In this document: positions 36,398-47,510 of the stretch, piece after piece | How the letters are laid out: every line of letters begins with the position of its first letter | Numbering within the stretch: the first letter of the stretch is position 1 | From: Camelus dromedarius | Lineage: Eukaryota | NCBI RefSeq assembly: GCF_036321535.1 | Contig: NC_087447.1 | Coordinates: 37,698,001-37,762,000 of the forward strand | Direction: 5' to 3' | DNA: 64,000 nucleotides | Program-made: the position numbers and the translations under genes | Notes under the pieces: model-generated | Database searches by the model: none | What the model saw: the letters and a program-made list of their open reading frames with translations, nothing else | Told to the model about the DNA's origin: nothing

Positions 36398-39300
36398 TTA
36401 ATCCAATCTTAAATTCTCAGGTAACCCTCAAAACAACCCCATGAGGGTCACATAACTGAGATTTGGGAAGTGAACTGACTTGGCCAAGGTCTCAGTGGCT
36501 AAGTAGAAACAAGAATCTATGCAGTCGGAGACCAGAGCCTTGCTCTTAACTAAATGATGTGTTCTTTAATGGTCTACAGCAATTTAGCTGATACTCAAAC
36601 CCTCAGATCCACAGCAGGGGCTCTTTCTACTGTGCTAGACTGCCCTTATGTGGCATATTAATGCCTTTTTAAAGCTTGTGATCATTTAAAGACTACAGTA
36701 TGTCTAGTCATTTTTCAAACTCTTGCCTTATTTCTTTCTGGGAGAACAGCCTGTGTGTTCTTTAAATTCAGGACAAAACTACTGGCCCACTGGCCGCATC
36801 ATCACAGGCCTCTGACAATTTCACACCAGAAGTACAGCCAGTGCAGGGATGCCAGGAAGACTGTGCAAACAGAGTGGGAGTGACCCTCTCAGGACTCTGG
36901 CTGCAAAGGGTCTTCCCACCCACCTCACTGTCCTTGCCCTGCCTCAGCTCTCACCTCTTAGACTGTCCTCCTCATTCTTCCACGCCCATCATTGGGGAAG
37001 ATGACACTCCCTGACCCTTCTGATGCCAAAGGGAACCATTTTTTCCAGTTTAGCAGACCTGTGCCCTGGCCCCCAGTTGTTGGTACCAGTTCCTCATCAC
37101 CAGATAATCCTACTGGCCTGGCATCCAGTGTTCCTCAAAACATCAGGGGTCAATAGTTTTTGAAAATCTCTGCTTACATTCTTTTTGGCTCATTTTAACC
37201 TCTTTTCACTTAGAATGAAACTTTAATTATTTCTTCAAAGTCTGGAATTTGGATTTCTCTGCCTTACTCTGTTTTACCTGCTGTGTGAAGTGGAGAGTTC
37301 TCCATAAAAAAACACTTTTCTATGCCAAGAACACTTGGTAATGGCCTCCAAACTTATCAAGCACCCCAATTTGCCAAGGTCCTGGACTAGGTGCTGGGGC
37401 TACAGAAGATAGATGGCAAAAATAGGATCTCCAAGAAGGACCACATTCTACAAAACTGTGACATAACCCCTCCACCGAGCACAACACCTGGCGTGTTCTA
37501 GGCACTCAATAAACATTTACTGAATGAATAAATGAATGATTATAAATAAGCAAATATGGTTCAGTATGCTCCATGTGGCATTCTGAAGTAACAAGAAAGA
37601 ATTGGGGAGCACAGAGAAAGGATGTTCAGCCCAAGCTAGGATGTGTGAGGAAGCTTCCCAGGCCAACACTAGAAGGATGCCTTCAAGTTTGCCAGAAGAA
37701 GCAGCAGAGCTGGAAGACAACACGATTTCAGCCAGAAGAAACAGCATGTGCAAAGGAGTAGAGGCATGGAACCACATGTTGGGAAGATGGCAAGTTGGTA
37801 AAAATAGTCAGAGGGGTGGAATGAATTCAGTCAATAAAAAAGAACTTTAAGTCATGAAGCATGTTGGAGTGCTGGGATCTGTGGATTTATCCGTATTATA
37901 TTCCAGCAAAGCAGGGCTTTCTATCACCCTGTCCCCAGATAGAACATTTCTCCAGGCTCTACCACAAGGCTTCCTTAAAACCTGAACAGGGCACACCCTC
38001 AAATGCTGGAATGGGCTCCCAAACTAGCATGCCTTGCACTTTCCATCCCAGCCAGAAGGCAAACGCTAGGCTTCTTCATGCATTTCATAGGAAAGAATGA
38101 AAAGACTTTCTTTTGGTCAATGGGATTCTTTCCCAGCCCTGAGACACTAAAGTGGGATACTTTTGTCCAGAAAAGGAAAAAGACTATTCAAAAGTCACTC
38201 ACAGACTCCTAGAACATTCCAGCTGAAAGGGTCCCTGGGCAAACTTTTGTCTACCTCTTCATCCTCAGATAAGGAAACTGAAGCTCAGAGAGGGAAAAAG
38301 ATTGTCTGAAGACACACAGCAGGTTAGCACGGAGCCAGGGCTGGGAAGGAAGGAAGAAGGGAAGGAAGACAAGACGGAAGGAAGTCCAGCCTCTGGCTTC
38401 TGGTCCACGGTCCCCACTACAGTGTGTTCTCCTGAAGACATTTAATGATGAAATTGCAGAGACATTTTTTCCAATGACCTTAAAATCAAAGATTAAAAAT
38501 ATTTCTGAATTGCTATTCTTTAGAAAAAGAAAACATGTCTCGCCAACTGTCTGACTCCTTCCACCAATTAAATCTTTGGCTTCCATTCAGAAAGAATATT
38601 TAAATTAATTAAATTAAAACTCTAGCTTACCCTTTCCCTCCAAGCAGCAGTTTTCTACCGAAAAAAAAGAAAAAGCTGGCTGGAGACAGAGGAGTATCTT
38701 GGAGAAAGAAACAAAATCCAAGCTATGGAATTAAACTTCTCACAGTCACCTCTGACTCCTCAGCCACTTGTTATTCCTCCATCAAACATTTATTAAACAT
38801 ATATTTATTCAACAATCATTTATTGAGCTCCTACTGTGTGCATTATAATCACTAGAGCACAAATATGAATCAGAAATCACTTTGGCCCTCAGGACATTTA
38901 TCACTGAGGAGGAAAGATGATATTTACATAAATCACTGTTGTACTACTCATGGTCTGACCCAAAACTCTTAGCCTAAAGTAAGTATTATTGAAATGAAAA
39001 AGTGAATGAATGAAACTGATGTCTATTACAGATCACTGCTAACAGGAGGATTCCACTGGGGCTAGGACACAGAGCTGCTAGAATTTACTGGAGGCTGGGT
39101 GGGTAAATAAGCTTAAGATACACAGCCCAGGGAAGATAGGACTCCAAAAAGGGCAGGAGGGGCTTGAAGAATATTACAACAGCTCCATTCCCCTCTCCAG
39201 GCCTCAGTTTCCCCATCTTATAATGCAAGGAGGGCATAGATGAGCTCTGAGGAAACTTCCAGCAGGAACTCTGGATGCCTCTATGATCCCACTTCCTGGC

Positions 39301-40196
39301 ACTGTAAGGGAATTTAAATCCAACCTCTCCTCTCAAAAATAACTATTGAATCATTGTCCTTCTGCCTTTACAAGGTCACGCCCTGTGTTTCTGTGGATTT
39401 CTCTGGGGACATGGGAGAAGGAAGGGAATTTGATTCTAGCTTTGATTGGCCTTCCTTTCAGTTTAAACAACAGAAAAATATCTAATTATCCCATTGACAA
39501 TTACAGCCTGCACATCACCACAGGCACAGAAAGTAGACCAGCAGCAGAAAGCCAGCCGCAGACCAAGGGTGTACACATGCAAGCCATTATCTGCTTGGAG
39601 ACAGGATGGCCTGCATCGGCCCCGCTGGCTCATGGAAGCTGGGCGGGTCCTCGCCAGCAGGCCGGGGGAACCCAGGAGGCCTCCTGCCACCAGCTGCAGC
39701 TGCACCAGCCCGGGCTCATCTCAGACTCCAGGCTGAACAGCAACCTTGGGAGAAAGTGATTCCCCCGCAGTGAGACATCCGGGATAAAAGCCCCAAGTAG
39801 GTTGTACACTTGTTATAAAGGCAGGCCTGATTAAGTCAAGAGATAAAACTTAGTGATCTCCAGGAGGGAAGGGACCACGCCAGATTCGGTCACCATCACA
39901 TCCTTAAGCGCAAGAGCACCGTACAAAGCACATGATCTGCACTCAGTACCTACTTGTAGAGAAATCTTGTGGAAGGCCAATGAATAAACAACCACCTGAG
40001 TAAATGAGTGAAAGATCTGTTTGTGTAATGCCCCCAAGAACATCACAGAAAAGGCAGCCTGGACAGAGTACTGGCTGGCACTCAGGTTCAAGCACCGTCA
40101 GGGAATGTGTATCACAGCTCTGTTCCTCATCAGCCTGTCCTTGGACAAATAAGTAACTTAACCTCCTCAAGCCTCAGTTTCCTCCTGGGATGGACA

Positions 40197-40549
40197 TTGC
40201 ACACATGCCGCTCCAATTACCCCCCAAGGAAGGACTTGCTGCCTCCAGTTAGCAGGTCCCCCAGATGCTGTCTCAGACCCGCCTCACCTGATGTCATGCC
40301 CTGCCTTCAGACACCCACTCTGATGACAGATCCGGGTGGGATATGAAGACCCTGGCCCCTCTGGCTAATGAACAGCAAATCTGATCCCAAAAGTCCCGGT
40401 GAGGTCAGCTGAGGTCGTCATCAGGCCGGCATCGCCGCTCACCATCTCCCTCGGTCCAGGCCTGCTCACTTCCTCTCACTTCCATGGGTGTGGATCCCAA
40501 AGGCACCCCTTCCCTAGTCTTAACTCTAAACTCAGACCCAACCTGTGAC
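40197..40549 (+). mobile_element. ERVL solo LTR (LTR16-like) nested in a MIR
   Basis: gaaggacttgctgcc...tgtggatcccaaaggcacccc...acccaacctgtgac are LTR16-like; MIR sequence flanks both sides (about 40080-40190 and 40550-40650). Confidence 0.7.
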
Positions 40550-43110
40550 CCCCTCATTAGCAAAATGGAAATAATAATAAGTACATACACAAGCTGTCAT
40601 GAGGACCAAATGAGTTGCTATGTGTAGAAGCACCCAGCTTGTAGCAAGTGCTGGACGAGGGTGAGCCAACTTTATTAAGGGTGTTAGTGAAGCCCAGCCC
40701 TTCATCAGTATCCCCACCCTCAATGGCCGGAAACCAGAGAGAAAAATGTCAAGATGTCCCAGCTTGATCTGTGGATAAGAGGAGTGGAAGGAAGGATGAA
40801 AGGAAGGGAAGGAGGGAGGAAGGAAAGAAGGAAAGAAAGGAAGTAGGGAGGAAAGGGATGTGTGGACTTGGCCCTGTGTGCATCCCTCAGACTGGCATCC
40901 AACCCACCCCGCAGGCACCTCTCCATGGAGACAGGTAAATCAGAGGACTGGGCCATCAGGACCCCTGCAGTAGATGAGGGCTATACCATGATTGTGGTGG
41001 CACAACCCTGGGAGCAGGCAGATAGGCGGTAACACCCAGGCCGCCACAGCCAACCACATGGCTAGGTCCTAGCAGCACCACCAACCCCCAGCCCAGAGCC
41101 AGCGGGAGGATTAGTGCCCCAGACTCAAAGATGGGAGCCCCGAGACCCAAGAAGTAAGATCAGCTAGAGACAGAGTAGCCAGTCTCCTGCTACTCAGAGA
41201 GCTGATCCCCTGCCCCCTTCACTCCCACCAACAAATCCATGAACCGCAGGGGAAGTACCTGCACCTGAGTTTGCAAGTGCCTCCACTGCTGAGGGAGGGA
41301 AAGTGGGAGGGAGGGTGTGTTACCCTTACCAGGACAGCCTGATGAAATATGGGTTGACACCCTGAGGCCTAGAGAGAATTTCCTTCCTGGACCCCAGCAC
41401 TTACAAGACCCTTTAAAGCAAAGACCACCGCTGCTCTATCACAGACGACGAGGCTGGTGTGCAAACAGATCAGGCGGCAGCCAATGTCACACAGCTGGCG
41501 GGAAACGGAGCTGGGATTTGAGGCCACGTCCGATCCCAAGGCCTGTATGCTTTCAACCACTTAGAGTTTTCCCATTACAGTTTCCAACAGTAGGGGTTTG
41601 TTCTTTGGTTTGTTTATTTTGTTACTTTTAAATATGAAAGCATGCCAGGAGATTCAGGCACAGAATCCAGAGCCTGGTAACGCCCCCTCCCGTCATCCAC
41701 CCCGATTCAGCGGGGGCTCCCACCCCCAGACTCAGACATGGTTTCTCTCTGCCCTTTATTCTCTTTCAGAAGCCGGCATCCAGAAAAGCCCTTTCTGATG
41801 CCATTTACTCATAAGGATCTCAGATCCCAAGGGTCTAACCCTCATGATGTACCCAGGCTGTGGGATGATCCCACGCAACTTGACAGTATTTATTAATTTT
41901 GTACATTGAGGTGAACAATGGCACTACAGAGGGAAATTCAGTCTCAGTGGAACACAACAGAAAGAAGTCAATTATCCAGCATTAATTATTTATCTGGGGA
42001 CAATAACCATGGTGTTATTCCCCACAAGAGAGGCCTCTGCAGCTTGGAACAAGAGGAAGGAAGAGGTCTCAGCTATTGTCTGTCCATAATGCAGCATCAG
42101 ATTGAACAAATGAACCCCTCTGACATCCTGTAAATACACATGAGCCTTCGCTGGGAACGTGGCCCACGCACATGCCTCCAGAACACAGGTGATGAATAGG
42201 GTGGTAGACAATTAATAGGATTATATTCCCTCAATGTTCTGTGTAGGCCTGGCCCAGCTGTGAATACATTGAAGGAAATGCACCTTCTCTCTGCAGCCCA
42301 CCCTGCCCTACTGGAATTGTCAGTTTAAAGACAATTCTAAACAAACATTTTTGCAGGTTGCAGTGTTTGCAGAATCACATCAGTCTGGGGTTTTCCTCCC
42401 AAAGTATTTGCTGACAACATCGGCTAGAGAACCTAAAGAATAATAATCTGATTTCTAAATCATGTTTATGTCATTTAATTTTCTTTTATCCTGAAAACTT
42501 CTGAGGAGCTTGGAAGAGAGAGATCAGTGGTTCCCAGGGGCTGAAAGAGTGCCAGGGTGTGATCTCTCTCACCCCATCTCCTCTACTCTGGGGGGCTTAT
42601 TTTTTATCTAAAGACGTTAATATTGATTGAGCAGTTCCTGCCAGGCAGGTGCTTTATACATATTATCTTAAATTTTCATACCAACCCAACGATGTAAGTA
42701 TAAATATCTCCATTTCTTAGATCAATAAACTAAAACCCAAGGTTACAGCTAATAAATAGCAAATAGCAGAACCAAGAATAAGTTGCGGGGGAGTGGGGGG
42801 TGGTCCCAACTCCTAACCACTGTTCTAAACTGCTTCCCCATGCCCAGCACAGGCTCTGGTCTAACCATCCCAGGACACATCAGCTCTGTGGAGGGTCCCA
42901 AAGCCTTATTGCCACAGCTGTTGCTGCCCAGCTGGGTACACAGTTTCCAGCCTACTGCCTGGGCAGGATGGGAGATGGAAAGACTAAGATACCTCTTCCA
43001 GAAGATCCACTTTTTTTCTGATTATAAAATATTAGGCTGTTGGGAATGTCTGTCCATGATTTCTTATTTTCTCAGTGAGATCACCTGGGTGTCCAGGGAA
43101 GGACTTCCAG

Positions 43111-43374
43111 GACACCCATAGGCTGAAAGTGAGGGGATAGAAGAAGATATTTCCTGCAAGTGGAAATGACAAGAAAGCGGGGGCAGCAATACTTATATCA
43201 GACAAAATAGAGTTTAAAACAAAGGCCATAAAGAAAGAAAAAGAAGGACAATATTACAGTGATCAAAGGAACAATATAAGATGAAGCTGTTACACTCGTT
43301 AACATATGTGCACCCAATGTAGGAGCACCTAAATATGTAAAACAAATACTAACAGACATAAAGGGAGAAATGGA
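43111..43374 (+). mobile_element. Isolated internal L1 ORF2 endonuclease-domain fragment
   Basis: Translates DTHRLKVRG*KKIFPASGNDKKAGAAILISDKIEFKTKAIKKEKEGQY, then NICAPNVGAPKYVKQILTDIKGE after a frameshift; no 3'UTR or poly(A). Confidence 0.9.
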
Positions 43375-44780
43375 AGGGAGGGACTCCTAGAAGAATTACT
43401 AAGATCACCTACGTGAAGAGTCATGGCCGGCCTCTGACACATGGGGACACTTGATAAACAAGGGCCCCCCTAACGTAGTGCTCACTGCAAGGCAGACACT
43501 TTGCATATATTATTAACTCATTTAATCCGCACTTCAACCCTATGATGCAGGCTATTACCCCCATTCTATACATGGGGGACCAAGGAGCTGATGGGGTTGA
43601 GGAATTTGCACAAGGCCACACAACTAGTCAGAGGTAGAGCCTGACGCTGAAGCCAGGCAGTCATGGATCATGAAGGTAAGAGCCAAGTCCCCGTCTGAGA
43701 ACACACACGCACCCTCACAGGCGCATCTCACCATCTCTCGGCGCTTCCTCAGAGTCCTCATGGAAACACATTTGGGCCTCCACAGGGTCCCTTGTCCTCA
43801 GTGTCAGGCCACACGGGAAGTTCTTAACTACATTTCTGACAGTGTTCCCAGCCCTCAGTCACATGCACCAGTATGTCGTATTCTTAAACCCCTTCATAAC
43901 AATGGCTCTGGGGGAGCAGACAGATGCTATCATAGAGATTAACCCGGTTCCAGTAACTTTTAGCACATATTTAATAAATCTTTCTGATTTTAAAATCAAC
44001 ACATAGTCTCCCCCACGAAACCTTCAAAACCCAAACAAACAACATAGAAATGCATAATGTAAATAAATTGAGACCCCCTGTAATTCAGGTAGGGGGTTAA
44101 GGACAGAGTAAAGATTAGACGTTGGTGATAGACCTAACATAGAAAATGAAACACTACTAAACATTCTGCTTCTGGTCGGGTCTCCAGGACCAACCAGTCA
44201 GAGCTACACCCACTCCCTCATCCCTTCCACCCTGGAGCCCCCAGGGTCCATTCTTCTCAGCTCATCATCCAGGCCACACCTGCTGCTCAGTGTATCCCTC
44301 CCTCCCCGTTCCCACACTGCCAGCTCAGGGCAGCAAGTGTTTCCAAAGATCAGTTCCATGCCTACTTCTCTCCTTGGTGCCCTGAGAGAAAGATACCTAG
44401 ACTGATCCCTTCCCGGGAGGCAGCTTCCCCCAGCAGCACCAGCCTCCTGGTCAAGGTGGGATCAGGAGCCTCCTCAGGGGCTCCCTGTCTTAGCAGCACA
44501 TCCCACTTGACTCTTTTCTTTATTGTCTGCCTGGATCTTAAACTGCAGCTCCTTGGTGGCAGAATGTGGCTGACTCCTCCATGCCCCAGGGCCCAGTTCC
44601 ATTTATACTTACTGAGTGAGCATGGCATCCCTGCTACTTTGTCCTAAGATTCCTCCCATCCTGCCCCCAGCCCCGTGCACAGAGAGATGCGGCCACCTGC
44701 AGCCTTAGGACCCGGAGGCTGGGCCTCAGCCAGAGTCCAGCAGGGCAGGCCTGGCCCTGAGACACAGCGGTAGGACTTAC

Positions 44781-44836
44781 CGCTGGCCCGACATGGGGAT
44801 GGAGTCCAGGTGGCGGCCTCCAGGCAGCGCCATCAT
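44781..44836 (-). CDS. INSC: INSC first coding segment (start-codon exon; whole exon 44781-44881, 101 bp), MMALPGGRHLDSIPMSGQ(R)
   Basis: Minus strand reads ...ctctttccag|GGCCCCGACCGC...ATCAACATGATGGCGCTGCCTGGAGGCCGCCACCTGGACTCC...GGCCAGCG|gtaagt. Peptide matches the recalled INSC N-terminus MMALPGGRHLDS; 56 coding nt end in phase 2 and join the 18521 exon in frame. Confidence 0.93.
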
Positions 44837-44881
44837 GTTGATGCCAATCTGCAGCAACGCCTGCCCACAGCGGTCGGGGCC
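44837..44881 (-). other. INSC: 5' part of INSC start-codon exon (5'UTR of short isoform, or coding in long isoform)
   Basis: 45 nt between the acceptor AG (44882-44883) and the ATG; stop-free in frame as GPDRCGQALLQIGIN. Confidence 0.85.
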
Positions 44882-45184
44882 CTGGAAAGAGAGGGTAGGA
44901 TGGGGTCAATGAGGGCCCCCGAGCAAGGAGGCTCAATCATTTTCTCTCCTGAATCCTGGTCACAGGGAGTCAGCTCATGTGCGGAGGGAAGGCCCCCCTG
45001 GCCTTCCTCTGTTGCTTGGACCAGTTTATACTTTGCTGTCCCCACACAAGCAATGCAGGACTCAGATCTGATCTCAGTTCTAAGTCCCTAGCCCGCTATG
45101 ACCTCTACAGTCCTCTTTTGTCTCATTGCCAAACACTTACTTAGCCTGTTTTGCTTTGTACCAAATACCGGGACACACAGACCA

Positions 45185-45288
45185 GCAAGTGTTGCATGGG
45201 ATATACTTGTACTTGAAAAGAATCTGGTTTATCTGAAATTCACGTTTTACTGGGCATCCTGTATTATTAGATAAACCTAGAAACTCCG
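45185..45288. mobile_element. MER53-like MITE, half element
   Basis: ttgcatgggatatacttgtac...gtttatctgaaattcacgttttactgggcatcctgtatt matches the recalled MER53 arm. Confidence 0.65.
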
Positions 45289-45359
45289 CATGCTAATTCC
45301 CTAACTGTCTACTGCCACAGCACTGCTTTCTTCACGTTGATTATGCCTGGGAAATGTGA

Positions 45360-45794
45360 CCTGTAATGGGCATGGCAGTTGCTTCCCCAGATCCATTCCA
45401 TTTTAGATGATGTAATTTCGCCCAAACTGCCAGGAAACGGTTCAGGAATAGGCATGTGATGCAATTCAAGCCAATGAGCCGTGACAGGATTGCTTCTAGG
45501 AAAAGTTTTCTTTCTCCACAAGCCACAGGGTGAGACAGCATCTCTCCCTTTGGACCTGTACAAGGAAACATGTCACTCCACTGCTGCTGGCGACCATCTT
45601 GCAACCAAAAGAGGACCTAGCTGGAGTAGAAAGCAGGCACACAGAGGAAAAAAGCCTGGGTCCTTGACCACTGAGTGACTGAATCAACCAACCCGAGTCC
45701 AGCCTGCCTCTGGGCTTCCTGGTACGTAAGATAATAATGTTCTTGTTGCAGTGAGGATTTTGGTTCTGTACTCCCCAGAGCAGCCTGACTGATA
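45360..45794 (+). mobile_element. ERVL-MaLR LTR (MLT1J/K-like)
   Basis: ggcatgtgatgcaattcaagccaatgag...gaccatcttgcaacca...cctgggtccttga...cagcctgactgata. Confidence 0.7.
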
Positions 45795-46849
45795 AAGGTG
45801 ACCTCAGTTCCAAGGGCCTCTCATCCCAGCACTGAGGACCCACCTGGGTTGCCTGGGCCTCACAGGTTAGACCAAGACAACAGTGTCCCCCTTCCTCCAT
45901 AAAATCAGCTGCCCCCTGTTTGTCTCCCACCTTGCCGTCCTTTCCCCATGCCTCCCTCTCTGCCACCTCCTTCTCCAAGCCAAGGAAGAAGCCCTCACTG
46001 AGGAGAATGGAGATTCTGTCACCTTTACTTGAGCAAAGCAATAGAAGGAGAGGGCTGACTGTCTCACCTGTCATGTCCTGGGCTTGAGGACAGCAGATTT
46101 CAAGACATTCAGAGAACACACAAGTATGAACTTGTGGGAGGAGATAGCTGAGGAGGGCAGCTAGACAAGTCTAGAAACATTCAGCTCTTACACTGTGATT
46201 ACAAGTGACCCTTATGAGAAAAGAACAGAGGAGGACTTTAATTAATAGAGATGTGGCTGGACAGAAAGTATCCCTTAGGCTGCTTGGGGGGGTGGTGGGG
46301 GGAAGAGTGAATCTGAAAATTATAGGGAGGCAGGAGCCCAGGATAAACGAGGGCTTTAGAAAATTCCAGAGACTCACTGCTACTGCTTGCTCCCTGGTCT
46401 GTGGGCCCCACTAGATTGTGAGATCCTGGAGGGCAGGGATCACTTGGTTCCAAGGGCTTAGCACTTAGCAAACACTTGATATGTCTATAGAGATAATGAG
46501 TGAGATGACTGTTTAATACATTTATGTTGAGCCCTAATTCTTCACCTGCAACTGAGAATAATAATATCTACTTTACAGAGGGCTATCATAACAATGACAC
46601 AAGATAAGGAATGTAGAAGGGTCAGGCCAGGGCAAGAGCTAAATAAATAGTCATTATTATGCCCTGAGAATCTGTGGTGTGTTCAGCCCCGTGGTCAGCT
46701 TTGCTGGAGGAGATGTGGAAAATTAGATAAAGCGTATAAAGCAGCCAGCACAATAACACTGCTCCACGAGGCTGCATTATCATCAGGAGTAGCACGATTT
46801 TTATTACTTTCATTATTTTCATTATTGAGAAGGTATATTTCTGGAATGC

Positions 46850-47510
46850 AGTGAGTCAGCAGCCTGAAAAGAAAAGGGCATAAAAGAAAAAAGCTGGAAG
46901 CAACAAAATGAGGTATCTGCCCCTTTTCAACAGGTTTGACGAAAGAACCAAAAAGGGAAATACCGACTTCTCACGGTGAGTGCTCTGATGTGATCAGGGA
47001 GCAGTGAGCAAGCAGATCTTATTTTAGCTCCATCTTCATCATCTTTTCATCATGGTGAAGGAAGTGAGCAGAGTGAAAACAATGAAGAGGGAGGTAAAGC
47101 TTAAGGCAGGTGACAGCAAGGAAAGTGTAAGGCTACAGGAAGCTCCAAAGCTCTTTAGAGTGTGAATCAGTTAGAATTTTGTGAGCGCAGCCTAGAATGT
47201 TGGGGGACCTTCTGAATCTGAAAAAGTCGTATCTGAGGGACCCCGAGAAAGAGTGAGCTGTCAAGAGCAGAAGCCTGAATACAGGAGAATGTTCTGAATT
47301 TCCAGGAGGCAGATTCCAGAAACATAGCTTGGCAACCACAGAATCCCAGAACAATTCCTAATTACTGATCTGAGCCCTTCCAACAGAAGCCAGCTGGAGC
47401 CCAGCAGGGACAAGTCATACTCAAACCATCTTCTCCCTTTTCGTTAGTGACCACTGGCTCTTAGCTGAGGGGGAGGCAGTACACCGAATATATCTGGATT
47501 TTGTTAAAGA
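46850..47510 (+). mobile_element. CR1/L3 LINE reverse-transcriptase remnant
   Basis: 47458-47508 translates LLAEGEAVHRIYLDFVK, matching the CR1 RT motif (cf. LVDEGNAVDVIYLDFSK). Upstream extent approximate. Confidence 0.6.

Noticed and set aside
45496..46119. Longest ORF in the track (207 aa)
   Set aside because: Partly antisense to an MLT1 LTR, with no recognisable domain or exon structure; chance ORF.
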